The notes under the pieces were generated by a model. It made no database searches, was not told the origin of the DNA, and was given only the letters and a program-made list of their open reading frames with translations. A program made the position numbers and the translations under genes. Shown here piece after piece: positions 8,863-18,178 of a DNA stretch of 61,855 nucleotides. The stretch spans positions 1 through 61,855 of the forward strand of contig JAKQQT010000213.1 of NCBI GenBank assembly GCA_029564025.1, given 5' to 3'. How positions within the stretch are numbered: position 1 is the stretch's first letter; each line of letters opens with the position of its first letter. This DNA comes from Armatimonadota bacterium (GTDB taxonomy: Bacteria > Armatimonadota > DTGP01 > JAKQQT01).

Positions 8863-9837
8863 TCAGTGCGCTCCGTCGGACAAGGCAGTCGTGATTACGC
8901 TCAGCACACGCTGAAGGGCTTCTGCCGCAGGGGCCTTGATGGTGCATCCTGCCGCCTTTACGTGGCCTCCACCGCCGAACTCACGGGCTACGGCCGCGAC
9001 GTCCAGTCCCTCGCGACTGCGGAGGCTCACCTTCGAGCCTTCCGCCGTCTCATATACCAGCACGGCTCCCTCGATGTCCCTCAGGCTCATCAACTGGTTA
9101 ATGATTCCTTCTGTTTCGGAATCACGGGCCCCCGCGCGCTCGAAGTCCTCCCGTGTCAGCAGGCTGAAAGCGATGCCGTCGCGGGTATTAACGGCGCGAA
9201 GGGCTATCCCAAGCAGGCGCAGGGCGCTGACCGGGCGTTCATCGAACATTCGGCGGTGTATCATATCCGGTTCGGCGCCGGCCGCACACAAGGTAGCGGC
9301 GGTCGAGAACGTTCGGGGAGTCGTGTTGCTGAAGCGGAATGCGCCCGTGTCAAAAATGATACCGGCAAGCAGGCACACGGCGAGTTCGCGGGTCAATGGA
9401 ACGTCCAGGCAAGGGATGAATTCGCAAACCTGCTGGGACGTTGCCGCCGCAGTCGGGTCAAGAACCTGAATGTGTCCGAAGGGGTTGTAGCCCGCGTGGT
9501 GATCGATATCGATGACGATTGGCGCGGCCATCACCACCGATTCGATCGTTCCGAGACGTGATGCGGACTCGCAATCCAGCGCCACCGATACGTCCGGTTG
9601 CCAGTTGGCGGGAGGACTCTGACGTATGCGGTCTGCCCCCGGCAGAAAGGTGTATGCCTCCGGAGGGGTGTCCTGGCACAGACGTATCACTTCCTTGCCC
9701 ATCGCCTCCAGCGCGAGGGCGAGGCCCAGCATACTGCCCAGCGCATCGCCGTCGGGCTTCAGGTGACAAGCCACAGTCAGGCGGTTCGCGGCCTTCATGG
9801 CGTCGGCTGCGGCACGGATCATCATGGTGTCAGTCAC
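8863..9837 (-). CDS. nrnA: DHH/DHHA1 phosphoesterase (NrnA-like oligoribonuclease / pAp phosphatase)
   Basis: Carries DHH-family motifs (HLKPDGDALGS, DIDHH, GGGH near the C-terminus). Its position between rbfA and truB is as in Firmicutes. Confidence 0.8.
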   Translation of the reverse strand: MTDTMMIRAAADAMKAANRLTVACHLKPDGDALGSMLGLALALEAMGKEVIRLCQDTPPEAYTFLPGADRIRQSPPANWQPDVSVALDCESASRLGTIESVVMAAPIVIDIDHHAGYNPFGHIQVLDPTAAATSQQVCEFIPCLDVPLTRELAVCLLAGIIFDTGAFRFSNTTPRTFSTAATLCAAGAEPDMIHRRMFDERPVSALRLLGIALRAVNTRDGIAFSLLTREDFERAGARDSETEGIINQLMSLRDIEGAVLVYETAEGSKVSLRSREGLDVAAVAREFGGGGHVKAAGCTIKAPAAEALQRVLSVITTALSDGAH

Positions 9838-10180
9838 TTTCGGGGTGGCCGATCTGTTCGATCAGTTCATCGATCCGTTGCCCGATGATGGAAGTGGTAT
9901 CCTCTTCGAACTTGAGGTCGGGAACAACGCGGGTGCGCATGGTGTGCGCCAGTTCGGAGCGGATGAAACCCCGTGCGCTGTGCAAACCGTCCAGCGACTG
10001 CTTACGCTGAATATCCGTTCCCAGAACGCTGACGAAGATGCGCGCGTGGCTGAGGTCCGGGGTGACGGAAACGCCTGTAACTGTTACGAATCCCAACCGG
10101 GGATCCCTGAGCTGGCGCTGAAGTATGGAACTCACGCCCGCCCGTATTTCTTCTTCCACACGCTGAGTTCGGCGTGACAT
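9830..10180 (-). CDS. rbfA: ribosome-binding factor A
   Basis: 116 aa containing RVEEEIRAGVSSIL...DPRLGFVTVTGVSVTPDLSHARIFVS. Confidence 0.93.
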   Translation of the reverse strand: MSRRTQRVEEEIRAGVSSILQRQLRDPRLGFVTVTGVSVTPDLSHARIFVSVLGTDIQRKQSLDGLHSARGFIRSELAHTMRTRVVPDLKFEEDTTSIIGQRIDELIEQIGHPESD

Positions 10181-10204
10181 CGTTCCTTCTTTCCAATGCG
10201 GTCA

Positions 10205-10486
10205 TTACCATCGCTCGTGTTCGACGCCAACAATATCGACACCTGGTTGCGAGGTGATGATCTGCTCCACTTCGGTCAAGACTTTTTCCAGAAACCGGTG
10301 TTCCGATCCGACGACGGCAACGCCGATGACCGCGGTTTGCCACGCGTCGTGATGGGCAACTTCGGCAATTGAGACGTTGAACTTCCGTCGGATGGACTCC
10401 AGCATACCCCGTAAAACGTGGCGCTTGTCCTTGAGTGAATGACACTCCGCAAGGCGAAGTTCCAGCCGAATCGTCGATACGAGCAT
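10205..10486 (-). CDS. DUF503 family protein
   Basis: Trimmed to the ATG at 10486 (MLVSTIRLELRLAECHSLKDKRHVL...). Size and the SLKDKR motif fit DUF503, and the infB-to-rbfA position is the conserved one. Confidence 0.8.
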   Translation of the reverse strand: MLVSTIRLELRLAECHSLKDKRHVLRGMLESIRRKFNVSIAEVAHHDAWQTAVIGVAVVGSEHRFLEKVLTEVEQIITSQPGVDIVGVEHERW

Positions 10487-10500
10487 AACGTTGTGCCCGG

Positions 10501-12456
10501 TCAGTAGCGGGGCACTTCCCGCATTTCGTACGACTGGATCAGGTCGCCCACGGATATCTCGTTGTAGCCGTCCAGCAGAATACCGCACTCAAATCCCGTC
10601 AGAACCTCGCGCACGTCGTCTTTCACGCGGCGAAGAGAAGCCATATGCCCCGTCCAAACGGTTTCACCGGCGCGGATCACCCTTGTCTCCGAGTTACGGG
10701 TCACTTTGCCTTCCGGAACATAGCATCCGGCAACGGGACCGCGCGGGGTTCGAAAGACGGCGCGCACTTCCGCGTGGCCGAGAACAACCTCTTCAAAAAC
10801 CGGCTCCAATTGGCCGAGCATCGCCTTGCGGACATCATCGATCAACTCGTAGATGATGTTGTAAACACGAATCTCAACGCCCTCATCCTGGGCCGTTGTC
10901 CGGGCATCGGCGTCCACGGAAACGTTGAAACCGATGATGAGCGCGTTGCTTGCTGAAGCCAGCAGAATGTCGCCCTGGGAAACGGTACCGACCGATGATG
11001 CCACGATGTCAACGCGGACTTCATCATTGCTCAACTGCTCCAGGCTTTGTCGGACCGCTTCCACGGAACCGTCCACATCACCCCGAATAATGACGTTGAG
11101 GGTCTTGGTGACTCCATCCGTGATCTGCTTCCGAAGGTCTGCCAGCGTTTGGCGGTGCGTTGTCGCGAACTTGGTCGCGCGCGACAAGGTTGTCGCGTCC
11201 GAAGCCTCGTGGCGTGCGGAGCGCTCATCCTTTCCCACGTGAAACGTGTCTCCGGCTACGGGAACGGCATTCAGTCCGATCACCTCCACCGGAGTCGACG
11301 GGCCGGCTTTCTGCAACTTCTGGCCCTTGTCATCCACCATCGCCTTCACTTTGCCGTAACAGCAACCGACCACAAGCGGATCGCCCGGTTTCAGAATTCC
11401 GCGTTGTACCAGCATCGTCGCGACCGGTCCCCTGCCCTTCACCAGTTTCGCTTCTATGACGGTCCCCTCTGTTTCGGAACCGACATCGATCTTCAGGTCC
11501 AGGTCTTCCGCGACGACAAGGATGGCAGTCAGGAGCTCGTCCAGATTGGTTCTCTGTTTCGCCGAGACGTTGACCATCACGGTATCGCCGCCGTAGTCTT
11601 CGGCCAGCATCTCGTATTCGGTGAGTTGGGTTTTCACACGATCCGGATTGGCATCGGGTACGTCAATCTTGTTCACCGCGACGATGATCGGCACTCCGGC
11701 CGCCTTCGCATGATTGATGGCTTCCACCGTCTGCGGCATGATACCGTCGTCCGCGGCCACCACCAGGATGACAATATCCGTGACCTGTGCCCCGCGGGCG
11801 CGCATAGCGGTGAACGCCGCGTGACCGGGTGTGTCGAGGAAGGTAATCTTGCGCCCGTCCCATTCCACCTGATAGGCGCCGATGTGCTGGGTGATGCCGC
11901 CAAATTCCTGTCCGATGACGTTCGTTTCCCGGATGGCGTCCAGCAAGGTCGTTTTGCCGTGGTCGACATGCCCCATAATTGTGACGACCGGCGGCCGGTT
12001 CACCGTGGCGGATTTGCGGAGAGTGGTGGTCTTCTTTTTCGGAGCGACGGGCGCCGGACGGACACCGATCTCGTGATTTCTGCCGAAGGCCTCGACAACG
12101 CGAGCCAGAACATCCAACTCAAGTGTCATCGTGACGCTTGCCATGATGCGCATCCCCATCAAGCGCTTCTGGACGTCCGACGGCGGAACGCCCAACGCAT
12201 CCGCAAGCTCACGGACCGTCATGCCGGGAAAGACAAGGACGGGCTTGTCCGTCGGCGGTTCTGTTGTCGGGGCGGGTTCCGGTTCGGCTTTCGACGCCGG
12301 TTGTGCCATCTCCCGGATCAGTTTCGCCGTTTCTTCGGTAACTGTGCTGGAATGGCTCTTAACAGGTTCGCCAAGATCACGCATCATGTCCATCAATTGT
12401 GCATTGGACATGTTCATCTGTTTGGCGAGTTCATATACGCGTACGGTACCTGGCAT
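10501..12456 (-). CDS. infB: translation initiation factor IF-2
   Basis: 651 aa with a G-domain ([21 protein letters not shown]) and conserved C-terminal domains. Confidence 0.97.
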   Translation of the reverse strand: MPGTVRVYELAKQMNMSNAQLMDMMRDLGEPVKSHSSTVTEETAKLIREMAQPASKAEPEPAPTTEPPTDKPVLVFPGMTVRELADALGVPPSDVQKRLMGMRIMASVTMTLELDVLARVVEAFGRNHEIGVRPAPVAPKKKTTTLRKSATVNRPPVVTIMGHVDHGKTTLLDAIRETNVIGQEFGGITQHIGAYQVEWDGRKITFLDTPGHAAFTAMRARGAQVTDIVILVVAADDGIMPQTVEAINHAKAAGVPIIVAVNKIDVPDANPDRVKTQLTEYEMLAEDYGGDTVMVNVSAKQRTNLDELLTAILVVAEDLDLKIDVGSETEGTVIEAKLVKGRGPVATMLVQRGILKPGDPLVVGCCYGKVKAMVDDKGQKLQKAGPSTPVEVIGLNAVPVAGDTFHVGKDERSARHEASDATTLSRATKFATTHRQTLADLRKQITDGVTKTLNVIIRGDVDGSVEAVRQSLEQLSNDEVRVDIVASSVGTVSQGDILLASASNALIIGFNVSVDADARTTAQDEGVEIRVYNIIYELIDDVRKAMLGQLEPVFEEVVLGHAEVRAVFRTPRGPVAGCYVPEGKVTRNSETRVIRAGETVWTGHMASLRRVKDDVREVLTGFECGILLDGYNEISVGDLIQSYEMREVPRY

Positions 12457-12553
12457 AAACGACCTACTCTCCTCGTATCAGTTCATAACGGCCTCCGCGA
12501 CCATATTGACCAACCATTGTAAGAATAACCGCGCTTGGCGGTGTATGTGAAAC

Positions 12554-12838
12554 TCACACCGAATCCGTGCCGTTTCCGGGGTCTGGCCCGGCAAGCAGGC
12601 GGGTGGTGTCTTCGGCCGTCAAGATCGTTTTCAACGCACGGTCCAGCGCCTTGCGCCGGATTGCTGTTTTCAGGCAATCCGTTCCCGGACAAACATAAGC
12701 GCCCCGGCCGGGGCGCTTTCCGGAAGGATCCAACAGCGTTTCACCGCCGTTTGTCTTCACGACCCGTAACAACTCGGACTTGAACCGGACCTTTCGGCAC
12801 CCTGTGCACGTTCTTTTCGGTTCTCCGGCAGACATCAA
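12554..12838 (-). CDS. ylxR: YlxR/RnpM (DUF448) RNA-binding protein
   Basis: Contains RTCTGCRK...GRGAYVC and lies between nusA and infB. Confidence 0.85.
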   Translation of the reverse strand: MMSAGEPKRTCTGCRKVRFKSELLRVVKTNGGETLLDPSGKRPGRGAYVCPGTDCLKTAIRRKALDRALKTILTAEDTTRLLAGPDPGNGTDSV

Positions 12839-12845
12839 AGTGATA

Positions 12846-14024
12846 TCACTCTGTGTCGGCTGACTCGGCCTTCGCCGGATGAACGCTGTCGACTATTACC
12901 GAGGCGATTTCAGGATCTATGTCATCGGGCTTGTCTTCCGGAACGGCATCCCGGTCTGTGTCGCTCAGCAGGTCGCCGTTCGCCTTCATTTCTTCCAACT
13001 GTGCTTCCGAGCGAATGTCAATGCGCCAACCTGTCAGCCTCGCGGCCAGGCGAACGTTTTGCCCTTCCTTGCCGATCGCAAGGCTAAGCATGTTGTCCGG
13101 AGCAATCACCATCGCGCTTTTAGCGCTCTCGTTGACCTGAACATTCATTGCCTTGGCGGGCGAAAGCGCGGCCGCGATGAACGCCGCGGGATCGTCGCTC
13201 CAGCGCACCACGTCTATCTTTTCGCCGTAAATATCGTTGACGACGTTCTGGACACGCGAACCGCGCTGTCCGACGCACGCGCCGACCGGATCGACCTTCG
13301 GATCCTTGCTCGACACCGCAATCTTCGTGCGGGCGCCGGCCTCGCGGGCGATACTCTTGATTTCAACCACGCCCTCCGAAATCTCCGGCACTTCCAGCTC
13401 GAACAATCGAACAACGAGGTCCTTGTGCGAGCGCGAAAGAATGATGAATGGTCCTTTCGGCGTCCTTCTGGCTTCGAAGACGTAAAACTTCATGCGCTCG
13501 CCAAAGCGGTAGGACTCCGTGGGTACCTGTTCATTGGCGGGAAGAACACCCTCGATTTTGCCGAGAGACACGTATACCGTGCGTCCTTCTCGGCGCTGGA
13601 TGGTTCCCGTGACGACTTCGTGCACCTTGTCTTCGTATTCTTCGAAGACCTGAATCCTCTGGGTCTCGCGGATACTTTGAACGATGACCTGTTTCGCCGT
13701 TTGCGCCGCGATGCGGCCGAAGTTCTCCGGAGTGACCTCTATCAGCACGGAATCACCGACTTCGAGTTCGGGATCGTGCTTCCGGGCTTCAGCCAGGCTG
13801 ATCTGCATATAGGGGATGGGGTCTTCTTCCACGACTGTGCGGTTGGAGTAGACGCGGAACTCAGCCCTGCGGGGATCGATTTCAACTTCGATCTCGCCCT
13901 CGACCTTGTACTTCTTGCGATAGGCAGACACCAGCGCCTTTTTCAGAAGGTCCAACAGCACATCGCCTGAGAGGTCGGTCTCACGCGCCACCTGATTCAA
14001 GGCATCCATCAACTCGCCGGCCAT
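12846..14024 (-). CDS. nusA: transcription termination/antitermination factor NusA
   Basis: Trimmed to the ATG at 14024 ([15 protein letters not shown]...). It has the S1 and two KH domains and an acidic C-terminal tail. Confidence 0.95.
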   Translation of the reverse strand: MAGELMDALNQVARETDLSGDVLLDLLKKALVSAYRKKYKVEGEIEVEIDPRRAEFRVYSNRTVVEEDPIPYMQISLAEARKHDPELEVGDSVLIEVTPENFGRIAAQTAKQVIVQSIRETQRIQVFEEYEDKVHEVVTGTIQRREGRTVYVSLGKIEGVLPANEQVPTESYRFGERMKFYVFEARRTPKGPFIILSRSHKDLVVRLFELEVPEISEGVVEIKSIAREAGARTKIAVSSKDPKVDPVGACVGQRGSRVQNVVNDIYGEKIDVVRWSDDPAAFIAAALSPAKAMNVQVNESAKSAMVIAPDNMLSLAIGKEGQNVRLAARLTGWRIDIRSEAQLEEMKANGDLLSDTDRDAVPEDKPDDIDPEIASVIVDSVHPAKAESADTE

Positions 14025-14086
14025 ATCGCACCCCCGTTCTTCTGTTACATTGATTTTGATCGCCGCGGTTGGACCCGTAGGCGGCC

Positions 14087-14117
14087 AAAAAAGAGAAGTG
14101 GGCAACGTGCCCACTTC
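14087..14117 (-). terminator. intrinsic terminator-like hairpin in the nusA 5' leader
   Basis: The minus strand reads GAAGTGGGCA-cgt-TGCCCACTTC followed by TCTCTTTTTTGG. It sits between a putative promoter (14146..14154) and the nusA ATG (14024). Confidence 0.5.
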
Positions 14118-14145
14118 AGCTTCCCGCGGCTGACTGACTGTTATC

Positions 14146-14154
14146 AGTATACCA
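14146..14154 (-). promoter_or_regulatory. extended -10 element (TGGTATACT) upstream of nusA
   Basis: The minus strand reads TGGTATACT, with a weak -35 (TTGGTT) 18 nt upstream. Confidence 0.3.
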
Positions 14155-14222
14155 CTTCCCGACCGCCGGAACCAAGGTTTGTACCGCCGACGCCGTTATT
14201 TGAGACTGCCGTCCGGAACGGG

Positions 14223-15209
14223 GTGACGTTGGGGGGCTGTTGTTCCAACAATGGTATTGTGAAGAGCCTCACTGCTGTGAAACCGAATATACCAGTACCG
14301 GCCGATCTGAGCGGTGATGACCTCATCGACGCGCTTGTCGCCGGCCAGTTGAGCGCCAATACCCGCCGGGCGTATCAGCGCGATGCCATCGAGTTCCTAG
14401 AGTTTGTCGGTCTCCAAAAGCCCACCGACCTCGCGGCAGTCACCACGGGGCAGATTGAACTCTACCGCAACCAGTTGATGAAAGCCGGCGCCGCCAAAGC
14501 CACCGTCAACCGCAAACTGAGCGTGGTCCGGCGGCTCTTTGAACGGGCCATGGCCGAAGGCTGGGTATCCCGCAATCCCGCGACGCTGGTTCGAGGACTT
14601 CGCGCCGATCCGGAATCCAACACCTCAGGATTGACGCTTCGGCAGGCACGTGAACTATTGGCGTCAATCGATGTCAACGAACTCCCCGGCCGGCGGGACC
14701 ACTGCCTTTTGTTCCTGATGATGCGCACCGGTATCCGGCGGTCCGAAGCGGCAGGCATACTGATGGGGGATTTTGAGCACCGCGAAGGACACACCACGCT
14801 GATCGTCCGCGGCAAGGGCAACAAAAAGCGCATCGCCAAGATATCGCCGGAGGTTATGCGTTGTTGCCGAGAATGGTTGGCCGCATCCGGACGGAAGCCG
14901 TCTTCCCGAACGGCGTTGTTTGTGGCGCTCAAGAAAACACAAAAGGGTTACGCCGTGGCTTCCGAAACGCCTCTGACGGCCGATTCTATCTGGAAAATCG
15001 TGCTGAAGCGTGTTCGCGAGGCGGGGCTGGAAGCGCACATCACGCCTCACAGCCTTCGCCACACTTTCGTTACCCTAGCCCTGGATGGGGGCGCTCCACT
15101 TCACAAAGTCCAGTACGCCGCCGGCCACGCCGACCCCAGGACCACCGAACGGTACCATCGACAGAAGGAAAACCTGGACGACAACGCCGTTGATTACGTG
15201 CGCATCTAG
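14223..15209 (+). CDS. tyrosine recombinase (XerC/XerD/phage integrase family)
   Basis: Catalytic signature is present: RTGIRRSE, GKGNKKR, HSLRHTF, AAGHADPRTTERYH. The start is uncertain (GTG at 14223 or GTG at 14259). No other mobile-element genes are adjacent. Confidence 0.9.
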   Translation: MTLGGCCSNNGIVKSLTAVKPNIPVPADLSGDDLIDALVAGQLSANTRRAYQRDAIEFLEFVGLQKPTDLAAVTTGQIELYRNQLMKAGAAKATVNRKLSVVRRLFERAMAEGWVSRNPATLVRGLRADPESNTSGLTLRQARELLASIDVNELPGRRDHCLLFLMMRTGIRRSEAAGILMGDFEHREGHTTLIVRGKGNKKRIAKISPEVMRCCREWLAASGRKPSSRTALFVALKKTQKGYAVASETPLTADSIWKIVLKRVREAGLEAHITPHSLRHTFVTLALDGGAPLHKVQYAAGHADPRTTERYHRQKENLDDNAVDYVRI

Positions 15210-16298
15210 CGTCGCCACATCCCCACCCGGCAACAGGCTGGGGGAAAGCTTCAGGTACTTTCGCAAGTCCCGTTCCAGCGCCTTTCGGAACATGGGTGCG
15301 CTGAGAGCCTCTGTCCTTCTCGCCAGCGGTATATCACCCACTTTGATCTCGTTCGCGAACCTGCCGTTGACGGAACGGGAAGCGATGGTGGCGAACCGGC
15401 GCGAATCCGGCGCCCAGGCTATCGCCCCGGTGTTCTGACCCTGGTTGAAAAGGAACGCTCCGGTGGTGGAGTCCGTTATCCCGGTTATCCAGGTGTCGCG
15501 TCTCGTCATCCGCCGCATACTGACCAGCCACTTCTCAACCGCCAGGTACTTTCCGTCGCGCGACCATCGGGGCGAACCGAAACTGATTTCCTTCTCGGGA
15601 ATCGTCATCTGCCGCGTTTTGCCCCCCTTGATATCTGTTGCCCAAATCTGGCAGTAGCTCTCATCGCCCGTGCGGTTAAAGTACCATCCTTTCGGGAGCC
15701 GTTGATAAGCGATGAACTTCCCGCACGGAGACCAGGTCGGATTGAATGCGATCGACTTGTCCGGTACGGGAAGGTCGGAAACGGTACCTTTGCGGACGTT
15801 CAGAATCTGGATACGCCCCGAATCTTCCATCGTTTGACCAGTCGCGCAGATGTCGAACGCCAGCATGGAACCGTCCGGCGAGAAGGTAGCGGCGGAAGGC
15901 ACGAAACCCCGGCCCGAAGGCGTGAAGACGCGATTGGGCGTGTATGGCGTTGCTTTCCCGGTTGAGGTGTTTATCGTCACCCACGACCACCTGTTGTTGG
16001 CAACCCTGGCGGCTACCAGGCCGCCTGTTGGCGTCCAGACAGGACAGCCGTACTGACCACCTGTGGTCAGCCTCTTTGCCCCCCCAGTCGCCTTCACTGT
16101 CCATATATTCCCCACCATGGCGCTTCCGATACGTTCGACGAAAGCGATCGTGTCGGAATTGGAAGACCATACGGGAGACGTCGCGTTGAAGCCAACCGTT
16201 GCGATCGTTCTCATGGGGACGGGAATAGGTTCTGCGGCACGAAGGGACACATTCAGCGCCGCCAGAATGAGCGCCGCGAGGGATACCGGTCGGATCAT
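15075..16298 (-). CDS. secreted PD40/TolB-like beta-propeller protein
   Basis: Has a signal peptide (MIRPVSLAALILAALNVSLRAAEP) and repeated PD40-type blades (SPVWSSNSDTIAF, FSPDGSMLAF, PTWSPCGKFIAY, PRWSRDGKYLAV, AWAPDSRRFA). The last ~45 codons overlap the recombinase gene antisense. Confidence 0.75.
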   Translation of the reverse strand: MIRPVSLAALILAALNVSLRAAEPIPVPMRTIATVGFNATSPVWSSNSDTIAFVERIGSAMVGNIWTVKATGGAKRLTTGGQYGCPVWTPTGGLVAARVANNRWSWVTINTSTGKATPYTPNRVFTPSGRGFVPSAATFSPDGSMLAFDICATGQTMEDSGRIQILNVRKGTVSDLPVPDKSIAFNPTWSPCGKFIAYQRLPKGWYFNRTGDESYCQIWATDIKGGKTRQMTIPEKEISFGSPRWSRDGKYLAVEKWLVSMRRMTRRDTWITGITDSTTGAFLFNQGQNTGAIAWAPDSRRFATIASRSVNGRFANEIKVGDIPLARRTEALSAPMFRKALERDLRKYLKLSPSLLPGGDVATLDAHVINGVVVQVFLLSMVPFGGPGVGVAGGVLDFVKWSAPIQG

Positions 16299-16321
16299 GT
16301 GTTCAGTCCTTGTCTATATGT

Positions 16322-17917
16322 CTAAGTGGCGGATTCGCGCCATTCTTTTCGCAACAGCCCGTACTCAACCGAGTCAATCAGAGCATTCCACGATGCGTTG
16401 ACCAGGTTCTCCGAAATACCGATTGTGCTCCACGAGTCTTCGCCGTCGGCGCTTTCCACCAATACGCGCACCTTGGCGGCCGTTCCCGCCTGCCCGTCGA
16501 CCACGCGGACCTTGTAGTCCGTGAGGTGAATGCCGGCCAGTTCGGGATAGAAAGGAACCAGCGCCTGGCGCATCGCTCCATCCAGCGCATCCACCGGTCC
16601 GTCACCTTCTGAGACGGTGAGAACCTGCTGGCCGTTCACTATAAGTTTAACCGTCCCCTCGGTAACGGCCGATCCGTTGCGGCGTTCCACGATGACGCGG
16701 AACCCAACCAGATCAAACAAGCGGCGCACACGTCCAAGGGCACGGCGAACAATCAACTCGAACGAGGCTTCAGCCTCCTCGAACACATAACCGTCGTGTT
16801 CCAGTTCAGCAAGGCGTGCCAACAGCGAGCGTGTTTCAGGAGCGCCCTTTTCCAGCTTTATCCCCCACCCCGCCGCTTTGTGTTCAAGCGTCGCGCCGCC
16901 GGACAATTCCGAAAGGAGGATCCGGCGGACGTTCCCTACCTGGCCGGGCTCGATGTGCTCGTAGGAGACTTCGTTTTTCATCATGGCGTCCACGTGGACG
17001 CCGGCCTTGTGAGCAAAAGCATTTCGTCCCACGAACGGTTGACGCTCGTTCGGCACCATATTGGCGATCTCGTCCACCGTGTGAGCGACTTCACGCAAAT
17101 CCGAGATTCTGTTTTCCGGAAGACAGGTTTTACCCATCTTCAAATGAAGTATCGGTATGATGGAGGTAAGATTTGCGTTTCCGGTCCGTTCGCCGATTCC
17201 GTTGATCGTGCCCTGAACCTGAGCGGCGCCGGCCTGTACGGCGGCAACCGAGTTTGCCACACCGAGTTCCGAGTCGTTGTGCGCGTGGATTCCGATGGGA
17301 GTATGAACACGTTCACGGACCTCGCGCACGATACGCTCCACTTCCCAGGGCATGGCGCCCCCGTTTGTGTCGCACAGGGCAATCCAGTCTGCACCGCCCG
17401 CGTGCGCGGCCTCAAGGGCCATCAAGGCATATGCCGGATCCGCCTTGTAGCCGTCGAAGAAGTGCTCCGCGTCGTAGATGACTTCGCGCCCGTTCGCTTT
17501 CAGCCAGGCTACGCTGTCGCGGATCATCTCCAGGTTCTGTTCAGGCGTAACGCGAAGAACGTGCGTGACGTGAAGAAGCCAGGACTTCCCGAAAATCGTG
17601 ATGACCTTCGTGTCTGCCTCCAGAAGCTGGCGCAGTGTGGCGTCATCTTCAGGTGCGGACTTGGCACGGCGCGTGGAACCGAATGCCGCAAGTTTTGCGT
17701 GGGTAAACTCAATGTCGCGGGCGCGTTTGAAGAACTCGATGTCCTTGGGATTGGATCCCGGCCATCCGCCCTCAATGTAAGAGATACCAAAGGCATCAAG
17801 ACGGCGGGCAATCTTGAGTTTGTCTTCAACGGAGAATGCGACACCCTCGCCTTGCGATCCGTCGCGCAGAGTCGTGTCGTAGATATGAACAAGCGGGGCA
17901 AATTCCGTGGTTGGCAT
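16322..17917 (-). CDS. cimA: citramalate synthase (LeuA/CimA family)
   Basis: 531 aa with YDTTLRDGSQGEGVAFS and YIEGGWPGSNPKDIEFF, plus a C-terminal LeuA-dimer regulatory domain. The GGWPGSNPKD pattern favours CimA over LeuA. Confidence 0.8.
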   Translation of the reverse strand: MPTTEFAPLVHIYDTTLRDGSQGEGVAFSVEDKLKIARRLDAFGISYIEGGWPGSNPKDIEFFKRARDIEFTHAKLAAFGSTRRAKSAPEDDATLRQLLEADTKVITIFGKSWLLHVTHVLRVTPEQNLEMIRDSVAWLKANGREVIYDAEHFFDGYKADPAYALMALEAAHAGGADWIALCDTNGGAMPWEVERIVREVRERVHTPIGIHAHNDSELGVANSVAAVQAGAAQVQGTINGIGERTGNANLTSIIPILHLKMGKTCLPENRISDLREVAHTVDEIANMVPNERQPFVGRNAFAHKAGVHVDAMMKNEVSYEHIEPGQVGNVRRILLSELSGGATLEHKAAGWGIKLEKGAPETRSLLARLAELEHDGYVFEEAEASFELIVRRALGRVRRLFDLVGFRVIVERRNGSAVTEGTVKLIVNGQQVLTVSEGDGPVDALDGAMRQALVPFYPELAGIHLTDYKVRVVDGQAGTAAKVRVLVESADGEDSWSTIGISENLVNASWNALIDSVEYGLLRKEWRESAT

Positions 17918-18160
17918 CGAAGGAACCTCCTGCCGGCCTGAGGCCGGTTGCGTGAAATACGGGAAGAAGACGGACGAACGCGCCCACGGCGGGCGCTGGA
18001 TTTCACGCGCGAATCTGGCAGGCGCCGCCCAAGTGGGCGAACGCCGGACCTCTTCCTTCGGTTGTCGGATCGTGACGCATCTGTTTCATCACTTCCGGTA
18101 CGCTGGTCAACACAGTTAAGTTATATCACGCCCAAGCCCCTCACGGCAACGTCTACCCTC

Positions 18161-18169
18161 TGCTATACT
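18161..18169 (+). promoter_or_regulatory. extended -10 element (TGCTATACT) 10 nt upstream of the mutS2 ATG
   Basis: TGCTATACT ends at 18169 and the ATG is at 18179, with no Shine-Dalgarno between them. This implies a leaderless or near-leaderless mRNA. Confidence 0.35.
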
Positions 18170-18178
18170 GAGCACAGT

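Noticed and set aside
11047-12522. 491-aa ORF on the plus strand
   Set aside because: It is antisense to infB, whose G-domain motifs are unambiguous, and is a low-complexity Arg/His/Asp-rich shadow ORF.
14144-14359. 71-aa minus-strand ORF upstream of nusA as a candidate rimP
   Set aside because: It has no RimP-like sequence, overlaps the putative nusA promoter and the recombinase start, and is probably spurious.
17918-18110. T-box riboswitch or classical Leu/Ile leader-peptide attenuator upstream of cimA
   Set aside because: No T-box consensus (AGGGTGGTACCGCG-like) is present. The uORF has no Leu/Ile/Val run, and no U-tract follows the hairpins. It is kept only as an unclassified structured leader.
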